Shown one piece after another: positions 20,047 to 29,069 of a stretch of 64,000 bases of DNA (position 1 is the first letter of the stretch; each line of letters opens with the position of its first letter). The notes beneath the pieces were generated by a model. That model searched no databases. It saw only the letters and a program-made list of their open reading frames with translations, and was not told the DNA's origin. The DNA is taken from assembly GCA_964435855.1 (NCBI GenBank), contig CAYTAU010000006.1:2622-66621 (forward strand), in the 5' to 3' direction. Origin of the DNA: an uncultured Bacteroidales bacterium (GTDB taxonomy: Bacteria; Bacteroidota; Bacteroidia; Bacteroidales; CAYTAU01). Made by a program: the position numbers and the translations under genes.

Positions 20047-20541
20047 ATGAAAAGAATATCACTTTTATTACTTGTTGTTTCAATATCATTATTGACATTA
20101 ACAAACTGTAAAAAGAGTACTTTAAATCGTATGCCTTTACCATATTCTGGCACTTATTTTTATTTACCATCAGGATTTTCTCCAAATTATGATGGTATTA
20201 ACGATGCTTTTAAAGCTATTGGTGTAAGCTCATTTATAAAAAACTTTAAAATGAAGATATACAGAAACAAACTCTGTATTTTTGATGGAACCGGTACTAT
20301 TGATAATCTAAGTTGGGACGGAACAAACTCGAAAGGAAAAATGCATAATGATGGAAAGTATAAAGTAAAAATCAGCTATACCGATGGTCATGGCGAAAGT
20401 CATGAAGGAGAATCATATGTATATCTTTTTAATACGAAAAAATATACTGATGAAGAATTATCTAATTGTGTATTTCCCGATATGTTAGATCCTATATATG
20501 GGACTATTTATGCAACAAATGAAATTATGTTCAATAATTAA
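20047..20541 (+). CDS. small lipoprotein consisting mainly of a T9SS type-B (CHU_C/gliding-motility-associated) sorting-domain-like module
   Basis: Lipobox LTNC, then SGFSPNYDGINDAFKA...IYRNKLCIF...WDGTNSKGKMHNDGKYKVKISY, which matches the FTPNGDGINDxF type-B CTD pattern. A tail of about 40 aa follows. Confidence 0.55.
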   Translation: MKRISLLLLVVSISLLTLTNCKKSTLNRMPLPYSGTYFYLPSGFSPNYDGINDAFKAIGVSSFIKNFKMKIYRNKLCIFDGTGTIDNLSWDGTNSKGKMHNDGKYKVKISYTDGHGESHEGESYVYLFNTKKYTDEELSNCVFPDMLDPIYGTIYATNEIMFNN

Positions 20542-20553
20542 AAATAAAGAATA

Positions 20554-21423
20554 ATGAAAGCAATTATTATACTTGTAATTTTATCAATGTTATTTATTAG
20601 TGCTTGTAATAAAGTAAAAATAAATAATCCTACCGCAGACGAAAATAATTTTATGAATATACCACAGGCTAATTTTTCATATCATATTGAATATGGAGAA
20701 ACACCAAAGTTATTACTTATTAATACCAGCACAGAGTATGAATCTGTAGAATGGTATTTTATAGATGGTATGAAATCGAATGAAAGAATAATTGAAAGGA
20801 CTTTGTATCCTACCAATGAATATTCTGTTAAACTTACTGCAACAAATTCATTAGGTTCGCATGAAGTAACTAAGCTTATTTCACTTCAACAAGGATCCAC
20901 ACCTTCAACTGTCAATATACTAGATAATGTTGCTTGGTATTATTATGGAAATAAATGTACTCCATTTACTTTAAATATTTATCTTGATGATGCATATAAA
21001 GGATATGATAATTACTTATGGAATTTTGATGATATAAGTTCTGGTAGTAATATTTCAACTTTACCGGAACCATCACATACATACTCAAATTCGGGGATAT
21101 ACCATGTAGAATTAACAATAACAGATTCTCTTGGTGCTCAAGTTTACATTGGAACTGAAGATATCATGATTAATGAAGTGCCAGAAGCTGAATTTTATGC
21201 TACACCTGAAGTTTCAAGTATTTTAGATGCAAACATTGAATTCTATGATCAATCAACTCCTGTTAGTTCATGGGATTGGTATTTTGGTGATGGAACAAGT
21301 TCTCAAGAACAAAATCCAAATCACACATATTTATCTGTTGATACTTTTCAAGTTGTTTTAGTATCTACAACAAGTAGTGGGTGTTTTGATTATGTAGGAC
21401 ATACTATAGAAATAAAGTATTAG
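20554..21423 (+). CDS. lipoprotein with two PKD-like domains
   Basis: Lipobox ISAC and two PKD signatures (WNFDD...PSHTYSNSGIYHVELTITDSLG; WDWYFGDGTSSQEQNPNHTY). It has no C-terminal sorting domain. Confidence 0.7.
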   Translation: MKAIIILVILSMLFISACNKVKINNPTADENNFMNIPQANFSYHIEYGETPKLLLINTSTEYESVEWYFIDGMKSNERIIERTLYPTNEYSVKLTATNSLGSHEVTKLISLQQGSTPSTVNILDNVAWYYYGNKCTPFTLNIYLDDAYKGYDNYLWNFDDISSGSNISTLPEPSHTYSNSGIYHVELTITDSLGAQVYIGTEDIMINEVPEAEFYATPEVSSILDANIEFYDQSTPVSSWDWYFGDGTSSQEQNPNHTYLSVDTFQVVLVSTTSSGCFDYVGHTIEIKY

Positions 21424-21443
21424 AAAAATTATTCCAGCACTAC

Positions 21444-21518
21444 CTAAAGCCCGGGATATACTTTGTTGAGATAACTACCAACAAACGCACAATAACTAAG
21501 AGGATAATTAAACAGTAG
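21444..21518 (+). pseudogene. orphan fragment of a T9SS type-A CTD tail
   Basis: It translates as LKPGIYFVEITTNKRTITKRIIKQ*, matching the last strands of the LRR CTDs (NLKPGIYFVELRD..). It is out of frame with the PKD ORF and 20 nt downstream of it. Confidence 0.6.
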
Positions 21519-21676
21519 ATTATTATGACCTCCTAAATCCTTCCCGAGAAATCGGGACAGGCTCTAAGAGGAGGACTTTCTCCCCTGACAGAGGAGAATT
21601 AAAGAGGGGTCATAACTACAATTAGGAAAACAAACCAAAATAATGTATATTTGCTAAATATTTAAAACAGTATTGT

Positions 21677-21710
21677 CCAACAATAAACGTTTATTGTCGG
21701 TTGTTTCTTT
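21677..21710 (+). terminator. perfect 18-bp palindrome followed by a T-rich tract (terminator or operator candidate)
   Basis: acaataaacgtttattgt (21680-21697), flanked by cc/gg and followed by ttgtttcttt. Confidence 0.3.
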
Positions 21711-22144
21711 CGTCCGCCTGAGACGGATTAGGAGGGGCTTTTATAAATAAATTAACAAGGTGTAGATACAAGCGAAATAAAAAACACTACTGCATTTTAG
21801 CGGATGTTAAAACTCCCAAAACACCACCGCTACTTACTCACATATCATATATTATTAAAATTATGCCCTATGCGAGTAACTTACATACCCAAGTTTAGTC
21901 CAATTACAGGAAAACACTTTTTCAAATCGCCATATTATTGCAGTTTCAATGAGACTAATCTTTTAAATTAATGATTTGAAAAATTATAGTCGAATTAATC
22001 CCGATAGCATTAGCGTATTGTGAACAAACTCACCATTACAATGTTTGATTTTCAAAAAAAATAACATTCTTTAACATTTTCAACAATAATAATTTCTTAT
22101 TTTGTATGTTTGTTTGATTAATATAATATTAAAATAAGAAAAAA

Positions 22145-23644
22145 TTGGGAATAATTCAAAAACAGGCTATTAAAGGAACTGTCTATACTTATATAGGCGC
22201 TTTTTTGGGTTTAATAAATGTTGTAATTCTATTTCCCCGTATTTTAAGTACTGATGAAATAGGCTTAATCAATATTTTGCTTGCTTACGCCATGGTATTA
22301 TCTCAATTTGGTAGCTTGGGTTTCAATAGTGCCACTACCAGAATGTTTACATATTTCAAAACCGACGATAATAAACATAATGGTTTTTTATTCCTTAATC
22401 TAATTGTTTCTCTTGTAGGGTTTTTATTGGTTCTTGGTGTATTTATGCTTTTAAAACCAATACTGCTTTCAAATAATGATAATGCAGATAGTTCCCAGTT
22501 ACTTTTTAAATACTTTTTCTATATTGTTCCTTTACTGTTTTTCACTTTATTCTTTAATGCTTTCGATCATTACAATAAAGTGCTTTTTAATGCTGTTAGG
22601 GGAACTTTTTTAAGAGAGTTTGTTCCCAAGGTGTTGATATTGATTGTAATAATTCTTTATGTTTTTGATTTTTTAAATTTTAGCCAGTTTGTTTTTTCTT
22701 ATGTATGTGCATTTTGTTCTCCTTCAGTTATTATAATGATTTTACTAATAAAAGACAAACAATTTAATTTACGCCCTAATTTTAAATTCCTTACAAAAGA
22801 TATGAAAAAAACACTATTAAGTGTGAGTTTGTTTGGAATAATTACGAGTGCAATAGGAATTGTAATATTGAATATTGACCGTATTATGATTGAAAGAATG
22901 CTTGGTTTGAGCAGTGCAGGGATTTATGCCACATCTTTTTTCTTTGGCACTTTTATAATTTTACCTGCAAGGTCTTTAAATAAAATATCATCGGCTGTAA
23001 TTTCAGATTCGTGGAAAAATAATGATATTGAAAATATTAATAAAATATATTATAAAAGTACTTTAACTCAGCTAATAATAGGTTCTTTTTTACTTATAGG
23101 TATTTGGGGAAATATTGATAATATTATTATACTTATGACAGAAAAATTTGAAGCCGGTCGTTATGTAATATTATTTGTTTCATTAGCTTTCTTTACAGAT
23201 ATGGCATCTGGTGTTAGTAGTGCTATTTTGACAAATTCCAAAAAATATAGAATTCAAGCCGTATTTCTAATAATAATGATATTGTTACTGATTTCAGCAA
23301 ATTTCATTCTTATTCAAAAATATCATATTGTTGGAGCAGCGATTGCTTTGTTTATTTCAAAATTTATTTTTAATCTTATTAAATATTTTTATTTGTGGTA
23401 CAGGTTTAAACTACAGCCTTTTGATTATAGAAGTTTATTAGTGATCATTATTGCAATATCAGTTTATGGCATTACATATTTAATACCTGAATTTGAGTTA
23501 TTTTATATTGATATTATAGTTAGAAGCAGTGCTATAACATTGCTTTTTGGTGTTTTAATCTTTTCTTTTAAAATATCGGAAGATATTAACAATGGGTTTA
23601 TTGAGTATTTGCACAAACTCATGTCAATTTTTAATAAAAAATAA
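22145..23644 (+). CDS. polysaccharide biosynthesis flippase (Wzx/MOP-family-like)
   Basis: 499 aa with about 12-14 TM segments. The N-terminus ..IQKQAIKGTVYTYIGAFLG resembles Bacteroidota oligosaccharide flippases. It has a TTG start. Confidence 0.65.
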   Translation: MGIIQKQAIKGTVYTYIGAFLGLINVVILFPRILSTDEIGLINILLAYAMVLSQFGSLGFNSATTRMFTYFKTDDNKHNGFLFLNLIVSLVGFLLVLGVFMLLKPILLSNNDNADSSQLLFKYFFYIVPLLFFTLFFNAFDHYNKVLFNAVRGTFLREFVPKVLILIVIILYVFDFLNFSQFVFSYVCAFCSPSVIIMILLIKDKQFNLRPNFKFLTKDMKKTLLSVSLFGIITSAIGIVILNIDRIMIERMLGLSSAGIYATSFFFGTFIILPARSLNKISSAVISDSWKNNDIENINKIYYKSTLTQLIIGSFLLIGIWGNIDNIIILMTEKFEAGRYVILFVSLAFFTDMASGVSSAILTNSKKYRIQAVFLIIMILLLISANFILIQKYHIVGAAIALFISKFIFNLIKYFYLWYRFKLQPFDYRSLLVIIIAISVYGITYLIPEFELFYIDIIVRSSAITLLFGVLIFSFKISEDINNGFIEYLHKLMSIFNKK

Positions 23645-23762
23645 GTGAATAAGAAAATATTAGTGGTTTTACCCTAATATACAAAATTCACGTTTAGCAT
23701 AAGTTTTCAACATTTTTTTCTTACAAAATTATTTATCATACCTTTGTGAAAAAATATATAAT

Positions 23763-24524
23763 ATGAAAAAGATTTTATTGGCACCAATTATAATATTATT
23801 CTCTATTGCAGCAATACTTTTAGAAAACTGTAAAAAACAGGATGATATTTCTTACATTGAACCGGAAAAAGTTGATTCATTAGCATTTACTGATGCAGAA
23901 ATAAACTTAATTATGGAAGGCGATTCTGCCGATTTAATGAGAGTTTTAACAATACATACAATTACAGGAACTGATACTATAACAAATTATGAAGATTCTC
24001 TTATTTTAAGAAAAATATCAATGGATGTCAGAGCAGATTCTACAGATACTGTTTTATTAAGGTTAATTGATAGATTATATACAACAGTAAGAGACCCGAA
24101 CCACCCCGGCGTTGGTATTGCTGCACCACAAGTTGGAATTAGCAGAAATGTTATTTGGGTGCAAAGAATGGATTTGTTAGGGGATCCTTATGAACTTTAT
24201 TTAAATGCAAAGCTTGCTGTTTATTCTACCAAAGAAGTTGTTTTTAATTATGACGGATGCTTATCTATTCCTGGCATTAGCGGCAGAACAGATAGACATT
24301 CTGCTGTTTGTGTAGAATACGACAAAATTGACGGTAGTCACCATGTTGAAATAGTTGAAGGATGGGGTTATTCAAATTTTACTTCAATAATATTTCAACA
24401 TGAAATTGATCATTTAAATGGAATTTTATTTATTGATAGAATCCATGAAAATACCAAGTTAATGAATACTAAAGAGTATGAAAAATTCTGCAAATTACTT
24501 GGTGAACCAGTTATTGAAATATAA
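23763..24524 (+). CDS. def: peptide deformylase homologue with N-terminal signal/lipoprotein-like extension
   Basis: All three PDF motifs are present: GVGIAAPQVG, DGCLSIPG and QHEIDHLNG. They are preceded by MKKILLAPIIILFSIAAILLENC and about 70 extra residues. Confidence 0.7.
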   Translation: MKKILLAPIIILFSIAAILLENCKKQDDISYIEPEKVDSLAFTDAEINLIMEGDSADLMRVLTIHTITGTDTITNYEDSLILRKISMDVRADSTDTVLLRLIDRLYTTVRDPNHPGVGIAAPQVGISRNVIWVQRMDLLGDPYELYLNAKLAVYSTKEVVFNYDGCLSIPGISGRTDRHSAVCVEYDKIDGSHHVEIVEGWGYSNFTSIIFQHEIDHLNGILFIDRIHENTKLMNTKEYEKFCKLLGEPVIEI

Positions 24525-24853
24525 TCTATATAGCACATTATCCACAAGTTGACAACAAACAGTTAACAATAGACAAAGAAATAAATTTTGTCAGTTGCAT
24601 ACTTTTATTGTTTAACATAAAAATTAGTCATGTTTTCAACACAGAAACACCTTAACAAAGTTCAATTATAATGTATTTGTTTTTGACTGAAGACGAATGT
24701 AAAGTGCGTTTGCCCTGCAAAATTGCGAGCCATGCGATGGCGTGAATAAAGAAAACAGCTAAATTTTCTTGTCAAGAGGTAGTCCTTGTTGTTAGGAAAT
24801 TCTGTTTTCATTAGAGCGGGTTGAAGCATAATTTCGCATTGATTTTTTTGTTT

Positions 24854-24881
24854 CCCTGCATGCCGGTAGGCAGGGTTTTTT
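24854..24881 (+). terminator. intrinsic terminator-like hairpin
   Basis: ccctgc-atgccggtag-gcaggg followed by tttttt. It lies 330 nt after the def stop, in a locally GC-richer non-coding stretch. Confidence 0.5.
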
Positions 24882-25089
24882 ATCAAGAAAAAAATGATAA
24901 AAAGTTATATTATATTCATTATTAATGTATTTCAAGTCAAGTTATACCAAATGATTTTGTTTGCATCCTTGTATTTCAGCGGGAATAAATTGGGATAAGT
25001 TTATTAACACTCTTTTATTAATATTTATTTTCTTTCTCTGGTTTTTGCGTTCCTATTGCTTTTACTTTTGTTACAAAGTTTAAAGTATT

Positions 25090-26094
25090 ATGCAAAAAAT
25101 TTTATTGCTGTTAATATTATTATCGTTTTTAAAAATTTCAGCACAGGATAATAAAATGTCAAGATTTGAGTATATTGAAAAATATAGCGGATGGGCTGTT
25201 AAAGAGATGAAAAGCAGTGGTATTCCTGCAAGTATTACATTAGCGCAGGGAATACTGGAATCGAATAATGGAAACAGCAGGTTAGCTGTAAAGGCAAACA
25301 ATCATTTTGGAATTAAATGTCATTCATCGTGGACAGGCAAAAAAATATATAAAGACGATGATGAAAATCATGAATGTTTCAGGAAGTATAAATCGGCACA
25401 CGAATCATATAAAGACCATTCCGATTTTTTAAAAAACGGTAAAAGATATGCATTTCTTTTTGACCTTAAACCAACCGATTACAAAGGCTGGGCTAAAGGT
25501 TTGAAAAAAGCGGGATATGCTACTAATCCAAAATATCCTGTGTTACTGATAAAAATAATTGAGGATAATGAGCTTTATAAATTCGATAAAGGAGGTAAAG
25601 TTATTAAACACGATAATGACAATACCAATTTAATTACCGATAGCAAAAACCCTAAAACCAAACGAGATAAAAGACATAAAAAGCGCAAAACACATCATCT
25701 TGGTGATGTTGACAATTATACAGTTAACTTATTTCAAAGAGAAGTAAAACTCAACAATAGAATTAAGTACATTAAAGTAAAAAAAGGTGATACATTTCTT
25801 AAAATAGCTCAGGAATTTGAAATGATGGCCGGACAATTATATCGTTACAACGAACTTGATAAAAATGCCAGTCTTAAAGAAGGACAAATTCTATATATAC
25901 AACCAAAGAGGAGTAAAGCTGATTTTGGAAAAGAATATCATGTAGTAACAGAAAGCGAAACAATATACACTATATCGCAGAAGTACGGAATAAAATTAAA
26001 CAAACTATATTTTAAAAATAATATTCCTGCAGGCTCTAAAGTAAAAGTTGGAGATAAGTTATGGTTACGCAAGCGTAGACCTCCTGAAAATTAA
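25090..26094 (+). CDS. N-acetylglucosaminidase (glucosaminidase/FlgJ-like domain) with two LysM domains
   Basis: Signal peptide, the ASITLAQGILESNNGNSRLAVKANNHFGIKC motif, and two C-terminal LysM-like repeats (YIKVKKGDTFLKIAQ.. and HVVTESETIYTISQKYG..). Confidence 0.8.
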   Translation: MQKILLLLILLSFLKISAQDNKMSRFEYIEKYSGWAVKEMKSSGIPASITLAQGILESNNGNSRLAVKANNHFGIKCHSSWTGKKIYKDDDENHECFRKYKSAHESYKDHSDFLKNGKRYAFLFDLKPTDYKGWAKGLKKAGYATNPKYPVLLIKIIEDNELYKFDKGGKVIKHDNDNTNLITDSKNPKTKRDKRHKKRKTHHLGDVDNYTVNLFQREVKLNNRIKYIKVKKGDTFLKIAQEFEMMAGQLYRYNELDKNASLKEGQILYIQPKRSKADFGKEYHVVTESETIYTISQKYGIKLNKLYFKNNIPAGSKVKVGDKLWLRKRRPPEN

Positions 26095-26332
26095 AAAACA
26101 GGTTTAATGGTCAAAAATACAAATTATTTATTTACTTATGAATGTGCCTTCCGAACAATAAATGTAAAATCTTCAATGTAGTCTCGAATTCTCGGAATTT
26201 ACTTTTACATTGGATATTCATTATTCTACATTTTATATTTTTTTAGTAATCAAAATATAAATTTTTAGGCATCAAAAATGTTGGATAATCTTAGTTACTA
26301 TCATAGATAGCAAAATTTATGAATTTTTTTGG

Positions 26333-28849
26333 TTAACTCTTCTTTACAACATTTTTAATATCAACTTTAATATCATCAGTTTTTTTATTGTAGTTGATAT
26401 GGATAACATCACCTTCTTTAACAGTAGACTGAATAATAATTTCTGCCATTTTATCTTCCAAATACTTTTGTATGGCACGTTTTAGTGGTCTGGCACCAAA
26501 TTTAGGATCAAAACCTTTTTCGCAAATAAAATCTTTTGCAGCAGTCGATATCTTTAACTTATAACCTAAGTCTTCAACTCTTTGATATAAGCCTTTTAAT
26601 TCAACATCAATAATTTCGTGAATATTTTCCCTGCTTAATGAATTAAAAATAACCACATCATCAATTCTGTTAAGAAACTCCGGTGCAAATGTTTTTTTCA
26701 AAGCATTATGTATAACACTACTTGTGTAAGAGCTTGATTCTTTTTGCTTGGCAGAAGTGTCAAATCCTATACCTTGTCCAAATTCAGATAACTGACGAGT
26801 TCCAATATTTGAAGTCATAATTAGAATGATATTCTTAAAATCAACTTTACGTCCAAGGCTATCTGTTAATCTGCCTTCGTCAAGCACCTGTAATAAAATA
26901 TTAAATACATCAGGGTGTGCTTTTTCAATTTCATCTAATAAGACAACTGCATAGGGTTTTCTTCTAACTTTTTCTGATAATTGCCCACCTTCTTCATATC
27001 CTATATATCCTGGAGGAGCTCCAACTAATCGCGACACAGAAAATTTTTCCATATACTCACTCATATCAACGCGTATAAGGGCTTCTCTATTATCAAAAAG
27101 ATATTCTGCCAATATTTTAGCCAATTGGGTTTTTCCAACTCCGGTAGGTCCAAGAAAAACAAATGTACCAATAGGTTTATTAGGGTCTTTCAATCCTGCT
27201 CTATTCCGCTGAATAGCTTTAACAATTTTGCGAATAGCATCATCCTGACCAACTATACCTCTTCTTATCTCATCATACATTTTAAGTAATCGGGAGCCTT
27301 CTTCTTGAGCTATACGCTTAACAGGCACACCTGTCATCATAGCAACTACTTCTGCAACATTATCTTCAGAAACAACTTCTCTATTCTTGTTTAGTTCTTT
27401 TTCCCACGTAATCTTCTCTTCTTCAACTAATTGCTCTAATTCTGTTTGCTTATCTCTCATATTCGCAGCAAATTCAAATTTTTGTTCTTTTACTGCTTTT
27501 ATTTTATCCTCTTTTATTTTTTCGATCTGCACTTCAATATCTAAAATCTTTTGAGGAACATGAATATTCGAGATATGAACTCTTGAACCGGATTCATCAA
27601 GTGCATCAATTGCTTTATCAGGCAAATGTCTGTCGCTAATATATCGCATTGTGAGTTTTACACATGCATCCAAAGCATCATCAGTATATACAACATTATG
27701 GTGGTCTTCGTAGCGATCTTTAATTTTTTTAAGTATTTCAATGGTTTCTTCAGGAGTAGTAGGATCAACCATTATTTTTTGAAAGCGTCTTTCTAAAGCT
27801 CCGTCTTTTTCAATGTGCTGTCTGTATTCATCTAATGTGGTTGCTCCAATACATTGAATTTCACCTCTTGCCAAAGACGGCTTAAGCATATTTGCTGCAT
27901 CTAAAGAACCTGAAGCTCCTCCTGCACCAACTATTGTATGAATTTCATCAATAAATAATATTACATTATTTGTTTTAGAAAGTTCATTTATAATAGCTTT
28001 CATTCTTTCTTCAAATTGTCCTCTGTATTTTGTCCCGGCTACAATAGAAGCAAGGTCGAGAGTAACAACTCTTTTGCCAAATAATACTCTAGATACTTTT
28101 TTCTGAACTATTCTTAATGCCAATCCCTCTGCAATAGCAGATTTCCCGACACCGGGTTCTCCAATTAAAACAGGATTGTTCTTTTTTCTTCTGCTTAATA
28201 TTTGAGCTAATCTTTCTATCTCAATGTTTCTGCCAACAATAGGGTCAAGTTTGTCTTCTTCAACAGCTTTTGTAAGATCAATTCCAAAATTATCTAAAAC
28301 AGGAGTATCTGACGAAGATTTTGTTGAAAAAGCACTTCCCCCTTTTCCTTTAATATCGGATGATTTGTCATCATCATCGTCATCATCAAATTGAGAATCA
28401 GATTTAGCAATAGGTTGTATTTTCTTTATTTGGTCCTTTACTGATTCATAATTAATATCATTTTCAGATAATAATTGACTTATATAATTATTATCAACTT
28501 TTATAATTGCTAATAACAAATGAGCTGTCCCAACAGTTGAACTTTTAAAAGCTTGCGCTTCAAGATAAATAAGCTTGAGAATTCTTTCAGATGTTTTTAA
28601 TAGAGGTAAATTGCTTATATTTTGTTCACTTAAAGGCTTATTTTCTCTAATTTTTTCTTCAATATCTTTTTTAATTTCATGAAGATCCAATCCCAGAGAG
28701 ATCAAAATTTCTACTGCTATACATTCGCCTTCACGCAATATTCCCAAAAACAAATGTTCGGGACTTAAATAATTATTACCTAATCGAATTGCTTCTTCTC
28801 TGCTATAAGTTAAAACTTCTTTAATTTTTTGTGAAAATTTAGCGTCCAT
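26333..28849 (-). CDS. clpC: ATP-dependent Clp protease ATP-binding subunit ClpC
   Basis: Clp_N repeats, two AAA+ modules (GEPGVGKSA and GPTGVGKT) and a short UVR-like linker ([11 protein letters not shown]). Confidence 0.85.
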   Translation of the reverse strand: MDAKFSQKIKEVLTYSREEAIRLGNNYLSPEHLFLGILREGECIAVEILISLGLDLHEIKKDIEEKIRENKPLSEQNISNLPLLKTSERILKLIYLEAQAFKSSTVGTAHLLLAIIKVDNNYISQLLSENDINYESVKDQIKKIQPIAKSDSQFDDDDDDDKSSDIKGKGGSAFSTKSSSDTPVLDNFGIDLTKAVEEDKLDPIVGRNIEIERLAQILSRRKKNNPVLIGEPGVGKSAIAEGLALRIVQKKVSRVLFGKRVVTLDLASIVAGTKYRGQFEERMKAIINELSKTNNVILFIDEIHTIVGAGGASGSLDAANMLKPSLARGEIQCIGATTLDEYRQHIEKDGALERRFQKIMVDPTTPEETIEILKKIKDRYEDHHNVVYTDDALDACVKLTMRYISDRHLPDKAIDALDESGSRVHISNIHVPQKILDIEVQIEKIKEDKIKAVKEQKFEFAANMRDKQTELEQLVEEEKITWEKELNKNREVVSEDNVAEVVAMMTGVPVKRIAQEEGSRLLKMYDEIRRGIVGQDDAIRKIVKAIQRNRAGLKDPNKPIGTFVFLGPTGVGKTQLAKILAEYLFDNREALIRVDMSEYMEKFSVSRLVGAPPGYIGYEEGGQLSEKVRRKPYAVVLLDEIEKAHPDVFNILLQVLDEGRLTDSLGRKVDFKNIILIMTSNIGTRQLSEFGQGIGFDTSAKQKESSSYTSSVIHNALKKTFAPEFLNRIDDVVIFNSLSRENIHEIIDVELKGLYQRVEDLGYKLKISTAAKDFICEKGFDPKFGARPLKRAIQKYLEDKMAEIIIQSTVKEGDVIHINYNKKTDDIKVDIKNVVKKS

Positions 28850-29069
28850 TTTGTTTTTATATAATGACTTTTATAAATTATCAAATTTAAAAATACAAAG
28901 TTAAATAACAATTTTGAAAAACCTTCAATTATAAACATAAAACTGTTAATAAGTATAACATTTATTTTATCATAAAAATATGAAAATTTTCTAATTTAGA
29001 TTTTTATTTTTTAAAAGAAATTGAAGCATATAATTGCAAGCAAATCATTAAATTAATACATTATTTTAA

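Noticed and set aside
24538-24546. Perfect DnaA box TTATCCACA, with gyrA nearby, as a possible oriC
   Set aside because: I found only a single box. There is no cluster of boxes, no adjacent AT-rich unwinding element pattern, and no dnaA or dnaN in the window.
24662-24886. 74-aa minus-strand ORF in the def-glucosaminidase gap
   Set aside because: It has no recognisable motif. It overlaps a plus-strand hairpin and terminator region, and its sequence looks like random translation of structured DNA.
28330-28400. Run of GAT/GAC codons (DDDDDDD) in clpC as a possible microsatellite or contingency repeat
   Set aside because: The run is in frame and is a multiple of 3. It lies in the flexible linker between the N-domain and AAA1, so it is most likely just an acidic linker.
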